From Welwitschia mirabilis (taxonomy: Eukaryota): a stretch of 50,176 bases of DNA. Numbering within the stretch: the first letter of the stretch is position 1; every line of letters begins with the position of its first letter. The DNA lies in NCBI GenBank assembly GCA_051453625.1, contig JBOZIK010000001.1:7082965-7133140 (forward strand). Direction: 5' to 3'. The translations under genes were made by a program, and so were the position numbers. Below are positions 24,624 through 37,279 of this stretch, piece after piece. The notes under the pieces were generated by a model that did no database searches, was not told the origin of the DNA, and saw only the letters and a program-made list of their open reading frames with translations.

Positions 24624-27400
24624 ATGGTCAAACTAGAAAAGAGATATCAGAGAGAGAGGTTGTTGATAGAAAAGAACATTAAAGGATTGGTAAACTTAGA
24701 AATCAAATCGAAAAAGCAATCTCCAGGTACATACACTTCCCCTTCTAAGTTTATTTTTTCTAAATTAGACCATATTAAAGAAGGAGAAACCTATTTTAAA
24801 CTGCCAAGCATCATCCAAAAGCAAAAATAAGTTGTAGGGTTTTCTACCCCTAATCCTAATGTAAACCTTTCCCTAAGAGAATTACTAGCAAATAAGAAAT
24901 GAGATACTCAAATCCCTTTTGATCTAAGGATGTTTAGCTTAAAAACTTAAATGCTTATCCAACTTTTATTGGTGAATATAATGAGAATCCTCTTTAACAT
25001 ATTGTAAATATTAAATAATTAATTCTTACTTTAGGGAATGGAAAAAAAAATTAGTGATAGAACATACATGGTAATATTTCCCATGACATTAAAAGGTAGA
25101 GATAAAAAATTGGCTAAAATCCATACTCCACAAAAGCTTAAAAACTTGGAAACAAGTCCAAGAAAACTTTATAAAAATATTCATAAGTGAAGAAACCATG
25201 AGAAAATAAAAAAGAAGGTAATAAATTTTCAAAAAAAAACAAATGACGATAATGCCTTCATATACAAATATTTTTTTATAGTAACCTATACTAATCCAGT
25301 ATATGCTTTCTCACAAGAAGAACTACTGAGCTACTTTTATAGTGGATTAAATCCCCACACAAAAGAAGGTTATAGATTTCTCTTGTGGTGGAAATTTTAT
25401 AAACCTTAGACTAGATAATCTTTGGATAAAATTATAAGAACCTATGGAGGTTAGTTAAACTTAGCCAAACCTAAAATAAAACTGCAATGTAGGCCAAATT
25501 ATTAAGATTTAAATGAAGTAAAATAAAAGAGGTAGAAAACAATCCTATAAATTTTGTAAAAAACTTTACAACAACCTTGGAGAAGTATGTAGAATTAATT
25601 TCAGATGCCAAATCTACAACTAAGACAAATGTTATCCAAATTATAATTTATGTGAGGGTAATTATTACATCATCAAAAACTATCCTCTTTTACCAACATA
25701 TAAAGAAATAATATGTGAAGAAGTTTTTGATTTTAGTCAAGCATCTTAAAACTTCAAAAATCAAAATCAAGTACAACCAATATTAAACACTTATTTTGAA
25801 AACAACTCTCAGTCGTTTAGAAATATATTTGAGAACTTAAACTTCTAACTAAGCTCATCTATATTTTAACATTCCAATGATTAACTCACAAACTTTTTGG
25901 ATGAAATGAGAAAAACACATGAAATAACAAATGTCAAACTTGATAACTTAATAAGTGTGCTTTAAGAAACAATGTTATTAGACTAAAGACCTCAAAGAAC
26001 ATTAGCTACACAACCTTTACTGAACCCCAATGAAATAAGAAAAGACTATAGGATTGTGACAAGAAGTGGATAAGAAACAAACTTTCCTCCATATAAACGT
26101 TCCACCTTCTAAAATGATTTTAGAGATGATAAAGAAGAAGAGGAAGACATCAAAATATATAACTTTCCTTCTCTTGTTAAAAAGAAAAAGAAAAATTATT
26201 CACAACAACAACTAACTACCCCTTGGATTGGTAGTCTTAAATATAATTCAACTCTCAACTAACATCTTAAAGCCTTGATGAAAAACGTGAGCATAAAATT
26301 ACCCTTTTGGAAACTTTACAATAAAATTTGGAGTGCTCAAAATTATTGAAGGACTTAATAAGAAGAAAACAAAAAATGAGTCATCCCTAGGAAAGTCTTT
26401 CTAGAACAAGCCCTCATAAATTTAGTTTTACAAAAATCACCTAAATTTAAAGATCTAGGAGTAGCAATGGTAAATGTTACATTAGAGGGAAATAAAAAGA
26501 TTAGAAGATCCTTAATTAACATTGAAGTGAGTGTTAACATAATGTTATTACACATTTGTAAGAGATTTGATTTGGAGAAAAGAATAGAACCTACTCAGAT
26601 TGTCTTATAATTAACAGACACTTCAATTAAGAGATCTTTAGGCATCATCAAAGATTTAGCAATACAATTTGATGAGGCTTGCTACTAAATTGATGTGATT
26701 ATCATAGAAGTAAAACATAACAGAGAATACCTATTACTTCTAGGACAAGCCTTTTGTGTAATAGCCAACTACATCATTGATATAAGAGCTAGGATAATGA
26801 AATGTCACTTTAAAAATAGAATTTTTACAATTAGAGTATTTGATGCAACAAAAAAAGACCTAGGTGATGATTAAATAAACGTAGAATATAACATCAAACC
26901 AACCTTATTCCTGCAACATCATTCACTTGAAGAAAGAGAGATTAAATTACCTGAGCCTATGCTTTGTGATAATCCAATTGAGATTAAGAATGAAGAAGCC
27001 ATTGATACATCCAAATTTGAAAATGAAGAAGAAATAAAACCTTTAGAATGCAAGGAAGTCCAACTATTAGATGAAAAATCATACCTTGAGAGAGGTTGTC
27101 CACCACATCAAAATCTTAATTTGAATTTGAATATTTCTAATGGACTTGAATATAATTTTCTTTGTGATAATCAAATTAAAACTCATGTAATCAACGAAAA
27201 TCTTTTACTAGAGTTACCATTACTCTCCCCTTTAACTTCCAAAATTTGTACTTTTATGTGATGTTATAAAGATTTATCCATTACTGCTCTCTTCTTACTT
27301 ATAAATAATTGCATAACTTGGATGTTTTATCAATTGGTAAATTTCTAGTTTGGACCTTATTTCTATAAATGAATGCAACATCTTGAGACCATCTAAACAA
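24624..27400 (+). pseudogene. gag: Decayed gag-protease ORF with C-terminal extension (B unit 1)
   Basis: Gag: AYPTFIGEYNENPL*HI..VIFPMTLKGR, YFYSGLN, SCGGNF. Linker: PKFKDLG. Protease region: RSLINIEVSVNIM..PLLLGQAFC. Then ORF 26959-27261 and a tail; no RT follows. Confidence 0.85.
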
Positions 27401-28754
27401 ATCCCTTTATTCTTCTTTTCAATAAAAGTGTTAATTATATTTCTAGGATTTGAATAAAATTTGCTTTTTTGGTGTTTTTCTTTCTAGTTTTTATAATTCT
27501 GATCTTTGATTTTGTTTTTAGATTTCTATTTTTATTTTCTGTGTGTGTCCTCCCTTCTATCGTTTCCATGACAATTAAGATGACAGTTTTTATTCTTTGT
27601 TTTTACTCTCAGTTTTCTGCTAAATTTTTATTTTCTATTTTTATTTTCTCTCTCTATCATCCTCTATGTTGTCTAGACGATAAACAATATAATAGTCACA
27701 TAATAAATAATTTAGTTTTCTATTATTTTGAAGAAAATACATTTTTATGGATCTGTTGAGATTTCTGACTTAACTACTTAAGAATTTCAGAAAGTTAATG
27801 GCCACAGGTTGGAATTAATCGCGTAAACCATCTGAATTTTCTCTTAGCTTTTTCCTTGGAGGTGATTATGGCATTTTTTGATCATCTTTCAAACATGATT
27901 TATGTATTTATTTCCATGACTAGTCTTTGACTTGGGTACTTTATAGTGGTAATATTGGATTCATCTAATCTTATGACATTCACATGTTCATGAACTTCAG
28001 TTTGAAGGAATATGTTTTATTTTTAATATTTTTATTAATGGTGAGAATATCTTAGATTATTTAAGGATGTTCTTTTTTATCTTAATCTTATAAATTCACC
28101 TTTGTCTTTTGGACTATTTGGTCATGGGGAATGTTCCATTTCATTTATTATAAAAAAAGGAAAAAAAAAAAGAGAGAGAGTGAGTAAAATAAGGCCATGA
28201 TGTTTTCTATTTATGATATTTCAAAAACATGATCACCATGATGTTCTACTACAAGTATACTGGGGTAATTATTTCCAAAAGGAGCCTTTGGCAGTGTAAT
28301 ATAATAGTTGTAGAAACTCCACTAGGAGGTCAGTTGATCATGCTTCGCAGGTCTTTATTTATCTGATGGTGGCTATACTCCCCTCATCATATAAATAAAA
28401 TAATATAGACTTGGAGACTATAGGATTAGTAATGTCTCTGGTATCATCAGAGGCATTTCTTATTTTCTAGACTCTTAGTCCTTCCACATGATTATTTCAT
28501 TTCTTAATATTTAGGTGTTTGTTTTAATATGGTGGTAGGTGAGTTCATTTTTTAGTAACTCTTTAGTCTGATCATTCATTATTTAAAGCATTTTATTTTT
28601 AGCATTATCATAACCATTGCCTTATCAAATGGAATTTTTATACATTAAGTCATGNNNNNNNNNNNNNNNNNNNNNNNNNNNNNNNNNNNNNNNNNNNNNN
28701 NNNNNNNNNNNNNNNNNNNNNNNNNNNNNNNNNNNNNNNNNNNNNNNNNNNNNN

Positions 28755-30745
28755 ATCAAAAAAAAAAAAAAGTATGCTGTAGGCCAAATAATAAAAGATT
28801 TAAAAGAAGTTAAATAAGAAAAGAAGGTAGATTACAACCCTACAAATCTAATTATAAACTTTACATTAATCTTAAAGAAGTATACTAAAATGATTTTGGA
28901 TGCCAAATCAGCAACTGAGAAAAATGTTATGCCAACTTGTGACTTATGTGAGGACCATTACCACATGACTAAAAATTGTCCTCTATTATTAACATATAAA
29001 GAAAGAATAAGAGAAGAAGTTTTTACTTTTAATCAAACATCTCAAAACTTCTAAAATCAAAATTATTCATGGCCTAGGTTGAATACTTATTTTCAAAATA
29101 ATTTTCAACCTTATAAAAATCGATTGGAAAATTTAAATTTCTAATCAAGTTCATCCAACTTCCAACATTCAAATGATTCATTCACAAACTTTTTGGATGA
29201 ATTTAAGAGATTACAAGAAAAAAAAAGTGAAACTTGACAATTTAGTAAATTTCCTTCAACAAACCATGTTAGCAAGCCAAAAACCACAAGGATTATTAGC
29301 TACACAACCTTTTCCAAACCCCAACAAAATGAGAAAAGATTGCAAGGTTGTGATAAAAAGTGAATAAGAAATAAATCCTCCTTCATATGAAGCATCAACC
29401 TCCCAAAATAACATTCAAAATTATATGAAGAATAGGAAGACATTGAAATATTAGAAGATTATAACTTCCCTTCTCTTGGTAAAAAAGCAACTAGCTACTC
29501 CTTGGCTTGATAGGATTAACAACAATTCAACTTTCAATAAACATCTTAAAGCCTTAATGAAAAATGTGAGCATAAAATTACCCTTTTGAAAGCTTTTACA
29601 AGAAAATCTAGTGTACTCAAAACTATGGAAAGACTTAACAAGAAGAAAATAAAAATGAGTTATCCTTAGCAAGGTCTTTCTAGCATAATCCCTCATGAAT
29701 TTAGTGTTTTGAAAATCTCCCAAATTTAAAGATCCAGAGGTAGCAATAGTAAATGTTACATTAGAGGGAAACAAAAATATTAGAAGAGATTTAATTAACA
29801 TAGGAGCAAGCATTAATATTATTCCACTTCACATTTGCAAAAGACTTTGTTTGGAGAGCAGAATAGAGCCTACTCAGATTGTCTTAGAGTTAGCGGACAC
29901 TTTGGTTAAGAAAACCTTAGGGGTTATCCAAGACTTAGTGATCCAAATTGAAGAGGCCTGTTACCCAATATATGTAATTATCATAAAAGTTGAACATAAT
30001 AGAGGATATTCATTACTTCTAGGATGAGCCTTCTGTGCAATAGCCCACTGCATTATTAACATAAGAACTAAGATAATAAAGTGTCACTTTGGAAATAAAA
30101 CATTTACAATTAGAGTCTTTGATGTAGCCAAAAAAGATCTAAGTGATGAAATTGACTTAGAAGATAATATCAAACCAACTTTATTCATCCAACATCATTT
30201 CCCTAAAGAAAGAAAACCAATATTACATGAGCCTATACCTTTATAATAACCTAATTAAGATTAAAAACTTTGAAGCCATTAATAAATCCAACTTTGAGTA
30301 TAAATTTTTAGATCAAAATGAAGAAGAAATCAAACCTTTAGAGTATAATGAATTACAACTATTAGATGAAAACTTACAACTTGAGGGAGATTTTCCACTA
30401 CATGAGATTGAAATTGAAAATCACAATTTGAATTTAAAAAATATTTTTAGTGGACTAGGACATACTTTTATTTATAATTATCAAAACAAAACTCTTATAA
30501 TTAATGAAAATCTTTTATAAGAGTTAACATTAATCTCCCCTTTGACTTTCAAAATTCATGCTTTCATGTGGCCTCATAGATATTTATCTATTATCCCTCT
30601 CTTCTTCTAATTGTTTTTACTTAAAAATAATTATCTACCTGTTATGTTTTATCAATTAGTAAACTTCTAGTTTGGATCTTATTTCTCTAAAAGAATGCAA
30701 CATCTTGCAATCATCCAAACAGGTCCTTCCTTCTTTCTTTCTTTT
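28755..30745 (+). pseudogene. gag: Decayed gag C-terminus, protease and extension (B unit 2), paralogous to 25475-27420
   Basis: Zinc knuckle CDLCEDHYHMTKNC (CX2CX4HX4C, ~28938-28979), PKFKDPE, LINIGASINIIP (~29791) and the same tail as unit 1. The 3' non-coding region 30750-31938 matches 27420-28654. Confidence 0.85.
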
Positions 30746-32673
30746 TAATAAAGTGTTGAGTAGATTGTAGGATTTGAATAAAATTTGTTGATTTTGGTGT
30801 TTTTCTTTCTGTTTCTTATGATTTTTATTGTGATTTTATTTTGAGCTTTATTTTTCAATTTTTTGTGTTTGTCATTCCTTCTGTCATTTCCACGATAGTC
30901 TATGTTTTTATTTTTTATCTCTAGTTTTGTGCTAAATTTTTATTTTGTATCTTTACTTTATATCTCTATCATCATCTCTGTCATCTAGATGATGAGAAGG
31001 ATGGTTGTTTATTGTTTCGGTTTTCTGTTATTTTGAGAAAATATATTTTGATGGCTCTATTGAGATTTCTAACCTAATTACTTAAAAATTTTAGAAAGTT
31101 AATGGGCAAGGGTTGGAATTATTTTAGGTACTACCTAAATTTTCTCTTAGCTTTTTCCTTTGGAGACCATTATGATATTACTTAATCATTTTTCAAACAT
31201 GACTTATGTATTTATTTTCCATAATTAGACTTTTGAATTGGGAATTTTATAGTGGTAAGATTGGATTCACCCAATCTTGAGACATTTCCATGTCTCTGAA
31301 CTTCAGTTTAAAGGAAGATGCTTTATTTTTTATGTTTTTTTCAATGGTGAAAACGTCTGAAATTATTTAAGGATGTTCTTTTCTATCTTCATCTTATGAC
31401 TTTACCTTTGTATTTTGGAGTGTTTGGTCATGTGAAATGTTTTCTTTATTTTTAAAAAAAAACGAAACAATGAAATAAGACCATGATGTTTTATTCGAGA
31501 TATCTTAAAAACATGGTCACCATGATGTCCTACTGCAAGTACACAGAGGTAAATATTTCTGAGAGGAGCCTTTGGCAGTATAATGTAGTAGCTATGGGAA
31601 TTCCACTGGGAGGTCAGTTGGTCATGCTTTGCGAGTTCTTACTTCTCTGACTGTGGTTATACTCCCCTCATCATAGATAATAAAATAATAAAAATTTGGA
31701 GGCTATGGAATTAGTGGTATTCCTAGTGTCATTAGAAGTATTGCTTGTTTCCTAGACTCTTAGTCCTTTCACATGATTATTTAATTTCCTAAGATTTGGA
31801 TGTTTGTATTGAGATGTTGGCTGTTGAATTCATTTTTGAGTAACTCTTTAGTCTAATTATTTATTATTTAAAGCATTTATTTTAGCATAGCCATAACCAC
31901 TACCTTATCAAATGGAATTTTTTATACATTAAGTCATGTATTTTCAAATCAATTGATGTTATAATTCCTTTCATGAGAGTTTACTAAGTTAAAATTTCGA
32001 ATAGGTTAACTATCTTTTGTTACTGTATGTTCAATTTTTTTGTTTTATTTTGTTGCTCAGTTAGTTATTTCAAAGTCATTAACATATTTTTTTAATCTCT
32101 TTAGAACCTAAATGCTTTCCTTGCTTAGTTTTTAGTAAAAGAATTGATTTCTTACTTGAATAAATTTCTTAAGAATTTTGTGCTATTTATTTTCAGTATT
32201 TTAGAGTTGTAAACACTGCTCTTGATCATTTTGTGATGAAACATTATCCACTTTTTTTTATTTATCAGAATATGTCATCAATCTATAATTTCCAAATTTG
32301 ACATTTCTTTATTTAGTTTTGCACTTTTTTTAGAAAGGTATCCAAATTCAAAAACACCCATCATCTACCTTCTCACTCTCATCTGCTTTCTTTGCTTTCT
32401 TATCAATATGGGATGTATTATTTTTCTCAAGAGCAAAGACCCATTTTCATGGCTCAGTTTTAAATTTTTGAGTTATTTCAGAACTTTCATGAGACTTAAT
32501 TTTAAAATTTTTACTCCATGCACATTATGCATTACATGCTATTTTGCTATGAGATGTGTTTTATAAGCCTATTTTATAAATTCCAGATTGATTTTTTGTA
32601 AGATAAATTGATTTGCATTGGTGGTTTTTCAACTAGTTTTTATCAGGGACTAATAAAGGCTAAGTGAGGGTTA

Positions 32674-33745
32674 TGTTGCACTGTCAATTTGTGGTTATTT
32701 AATATGAGCTATTTGATAGGACATTTACACAGGTTTAGATGAAATTCTAAGGATGTTAGAGAATTAATAGAATATCTTGAAAATTTGCAATTCTTACTAA
32801 GATTTAAGGCATTTAAGATACATTCTAATACACAAAGCTTAGGAGAAGATTACTGATAGAAATGCTAGCTTCTCCTTAATAAATGATTAAAGAAGATTTT
32901 TGTATCCTCTATCATCTCCACAACAGGCAAGATGACGATACCATTAAATGCTGACATGGACTACTAAATTGACTGTTGAGATACTACCAAATCATCTTTT
33001 ATAATAAGATGTCGTTCCCTATGTCATCTGGATGACAGTGAGGATGGCGCCGACATTGTAACTGAATTTGATAGCCAACCCTACTGTTTTGTTTATTTCT
33101 TATCTATAAAATATTGCATAATGTAATGCCTTTTGTTTGTTGCTTTCTGGTTTGTAACCCTATAAATAAGTTCCCCTTCGACTCTCCTCTATATCTTCAT
33201 TGCACTGGAAATTCTCATGATAGGAGATCGAAAGGCAGAGATTCATCTTGAGAGTTGTAGAAATGCATTCCCTTGATGGAGGGTTATGCATCCTGCATTG
33301 AGTCCTGGCTATTTTGTAACCCAGATGTTTGGTTCCTATTTAATATAAACTCTATTTTTATTTATGCATGTTAGTTTATTAGATATCCCTTATGATTTAT
33401 GTTGCCCTTAATCTGGTGACAATTTCATTAGTGATATAGATCATTAAGGGCAGCCTTTATTAAGGCTGAAAGAAAGTAGTTTAGTTTTATTCTACATTGT
33501 ATTTAGTTAGTTACATCTTGCATTTTCATTACATCATTTATTTTCTACATTGTTCTTTAATTTCAATTACTTTATTTTGTTGAAAATCAATCATTATTCT
33601 CCTCTCATAAGTCTTCAATGAGATACGACATTCAGGTTCACTCCCCACTATATTAGAGTGATGTATTATGTAAGATATCTATTTTATTTAAGAATTGACA
33701 AGATCTTTTTAAGTATAAACGTTTATACAAATACACACTGCAACA
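32674..33745 (+). repeat. 3' LTR of element B
   Basis: TGTTGCA...TGCAACA is a perfect 7-bp terminal inverted repeat; preceded by the purine-rich AAAGGCTAAGTGAGGG. Confidence 0.92.
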
Positions 33746-36440
33746 ATAATCCATATTGTAACTTTCTGATGTTGTTTGAAGATAAAAACTAAGGCGTATT
33801 CTTAAAAAATAAATGATTTTGTAGAGATGTCTACAAAGTAGAATTGATTATCTTCTGGAAATGCATATTTTGAATCTTTAAGAATAGGTTAAAGCTTAAC
33901 CTTAGGAATGAATTCTTCATTAGAAGGTGTTTTTAGGGTGCACATAGTAGAGTTTCAAATTTAGACTTACTGTGAAATGTCTCAAAGTTAAGGTCTCTTT
34001 ATAGGATAAGTACTACTACTTATTGATGTTTGCATAATGAATGATCTTTTAAGAAGTATAAAGATTTAATGGTTTTATAATATTAATTTTAACTAAGTTC
34101 AGGTCTTTTATGCACTCATACAATTCCTTTTCATTAAATTTAAAACTTACAAATTTGTATTCATGTTCCTAAAAGACATTTTTGCCACTCCATTTTTATA
34201 GTTGATTAGAGAATTAAAGGTTTCTAGTAATGTACTCCCTAAAAAAAAAAAAAATGCTCTTAGTTTCCTTTCATCTCTAAGACTATTAAGTCCACTAAGT
34301 AGTAAAATTTATCTACTTATACCAAAACATATTCTACTATTTTTTTGAGGATCTTAATTGAGCAGTCAGTAATATGCAATATTATCCTAGTTTCATTTAG
34401 TCCTTTTAATCCAAGATTTTTATGTGATATATAAATCATTAGATTTTTCACTATCTCCTAAGCTTTATAAGGTTTTTCCAATTCTCTTCTTAAAATACTT
34501 AAAGTTTTTAGCAACAAAAAAGTTTAAAATTTAGTGGAAGTTTTCTTTAAATTATGTAAATACTTGTTGAGCTAGAAAATCATTATTCTTTAAGTAATTT
34601 TTCTCTTTACTATGAATATATCTTTAAAGAAGTTTTTATAAGAAGTAACTTTCTTAATGACATTTAAAAGAGGAATGTTTACTTTTACTTTCTTAAAGAT
34701 TTTAAGTATTCTTCTTTAAGTTATTTCTTTTCTAAGGGTTTAAGGCATTTAGACAATAGGGTCTTTCTCAATCCTTCATATCTAAATCCCTTTATGTTAT
34801 CATCTTTATGATTTCTCAAGCTTATAAGTTGTTTAAGGTTATAGTATTAGATGTCAAAGGGTCTTTCTTAGTTAACTAGAGATTTTCATTAATTTTAATA
34901 CCACTTCTAAATGAGATAGTAATAATTCTCTTAATGTCTCCTTATTTTTTAACTATGTTAACACACTTTAGGTTAGAAATAAATTAGGCTATAAGCTATA
35001 ATTTTTCTTTGGTTGAGTGAAGTTAATAAGTGAGCTATTGTTTAAGAAATCTAATTCATTCATTATTTAAAATGTTGAAGACATTAAGCATTTTGGTTAT
35101 TGAATTTATCTTGTCTGTTTTTCTTTTTCTTTTTTTTTCTTTTTTTTTTTAAAGAGATAGCAAGTAGGTAATTTTTTACCACACAAATTCCTAGTGGTTC
35201 TTGGGTTTATGGAATTTATTCCATTTATATTCCCCACCACTGATAGGGTTTAAACTTTAAACCTCTGGGTTCTTATGTTTGTGACCTTAGTGCTTTGGTA
35301 AGTAGTCATTGATAAGCTTGTTTGTTATTGTTAACTAACTATATCTTTATTAATTATTTAAAAATATCCTCTAGTGATCTAATCTAACATTGATTAGATT
35401 CTTATAAATTAGATGTTTCATAGGTTTTTCATTTTATTAAAACTTTCAAGAGAAACTAAGATGATTTTTTTATTTTAATTTATAGAAGTACTTATAAGGA
35501 ATGATTGTTTCTATTGTTATTATTATAAAAGGGGTCTTTGATCTTTTATTTAATTTAATTATTATTATTCTCTTTTTATAGAGTGGGGTAGAAGAACACT
35601 CTACTATTTCAGGTTTATTAGAAATACATATAACACCTATAGCTCCACCAATAATTTTCTAACAATTAAATGACTCAAGGCTATCTAAGCTCTTAGTGAT
35701 GTAATCTATCTTCTTATTTAAGTTTATTTTCTTATTCTATGACATTCAAATATTAGGATTATTTGGCTACTTTTATGTTTCTAAAATTTCTTTTATAATT
35801 GTTATAATTATCAACTTATTTTCCAAGGTACTCATGCTCCATCTGATTGTTAGATGTGAAATTTCCATCATTCATGATCTCTTTTTTTGCCTATTTTATG
35901 TATTTAATCCTTCATAGAAATATTTAATAATATATAAGCTTCAAAACCATGTTGTTGACATATCCTTAGTAGATATTTGAAGCACTCAAATACCTTATGA
36001 AAGGGTTCAATATCTTGTACTTAGAAGTCCATAATTTTTCTTCTTTATTTATTGGTTTCATGTATTAGAACATGCTTTTCAAAAATTACTTTTTAATTCT
36101 ATCCATGAGATAATTAAGTTTTTTATTATTTATCCAAGAGGTAGATTTTTCTTTTATGAAGAAAGGGAAATGTTTTATCATAACTACTTTACCTTAATTT
36201 TGTATATGTAAAATTATGGCTTAAAATTCTTTTAGATGCTCATAATGTCCTCCAAAATTTAGGTGATAAAATTTAGACAAAAATTTAATAAATATATGTT
36301 TTATTTAAAATTATTTTATGTAAGATGATAAAACCATATAAGAAAGTATAGCTAAGAACTTAGGTTGCAATGATGCTTTTAATATTTACCTAGGCAATCC
36401 TTGATAAATACTATCTCTATTCTATTATTTTTAGATATGG
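33746..36440 (-). pseudogene. gag-pol: Gag-protease and pre-RT region of minus-strand Athila element C
   Basis: Minus strand: LSKFYHL..HYEHLKEF (~36270), FPF, CQQHGF (~35950), ISFRSG (~34905), VNIPLLNVI (~34670). FKQHQKVTIW is continuous with 22940. Confidence 0.85.
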
Positions 36441-37191
36441 TTATTTCAATCAAAAGGATATGTATGAAATTTTTAATTAAATTTTCACACTCTAAAGTAT
36501 ATATTCTAAGTATTATTAGTTAAAGTTAATATTAAATTTATTTAGGAGTATTTGGAATTCTAGGTTTTCATCACTTTACTTCCAATGTTAGCTAGCAATA
36601 GATCTAATCTAATGATGCATGGAGAAGTTAAGACTAATAGAAATATCTTTATGCTTAATAGCTTATGAAGATCAATGAAAATAACTAAAACACATGATTT
36701 AAAATTTAAATGATGATCAACTTTATAAAAATAATAGTGGAGTCAATGGAAGTTATAGTGGTGTTGGTCAAGTATAAAAAATTATTATGCAAAACAAATA
36801 GTGAATAGAAAGCAAAGTTATGCTAATTAACATAAGGTGCTTATAAGAATTTTTTTTGAATTTGAATTTTACATTCACAACATAAAAGAACCTATCAATA
36901 GTTAAATACATTGAGATGTTGCACAAATTAGATAATAGATTAAACTTATTCTCTCTAAAACTAAAAATACTAAATAAGATTTGAGTACGCCTAGATAGAA
37001 GTGAAGGTTAATGCAATAAATATGAGAATAATTTCCATATATTTACATTCTTATGATATAGGTTATTCTAGGGTCTACAAAATATATTAAAAAAATATTT
37101 GCAGTATTGATAAAAACATATCCAAAAAAAAACATAAAATAATTTCTATGAATAAAATGATTCTTGATAAGCCAAGTAATATCAATTGTAA

Positions 37192-37209
37192 TTCCTAGTA
37201 ATGACACAA
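37192..37209 (-). promoter_or_regulatory. Degenerate tRNA-Asp PBS of element C
   Basis: The minus strand reads TTGTGTCATTACTAGGAA versus TGGCGCCGTTGCCGGGGA. All mismatches but one are C>T/G>A, and the position upstream of gag fits. Confidence 0.6.
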
Positions 37210-37279
37210 TCTTAATTCCCTTTGGATCATTTTACAGTTCAAGATCCTAAAAGATATGCATGACTTATCAGGGTCTCAT

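Larger units (their letters stand above)
22941..33745 (+). mobile_element. Element B: non-autonomous Athila-derived LTR retrotransposon (gag + protease only), internal region present twice
   Basis: LTRs 22941-23999 and 32674-33745 with TGTTG(C/T)A...T(G/A)CAACA termini. The 5-bp TSD is ATAGT (22936-22940) / ATAAT (33746-33750). PBS at 24003, PPT at ~32656-32670. The host RT frame rejoins across the insertion. Confidence 0.9.

Noticed and set aside
27469..27759. Hydrophobic Phe/Leu-rich short ORFs (also 12124-12411 and the N-terminus of 45064-45498) as membrane proteins
   Set aside because: They are by-products of T-rich low-complexity TE sequence, and the frames are not evidently kept in paralogs.
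29451..29813. Minus-strand ORFs repeated at 26355-26555, 29451-29813 and 49175-49387 as an antisense gene
   Set aside because: They are shadows of the plus-strand gag-protease linker; their similarity follows from paralogy and their ends differ.
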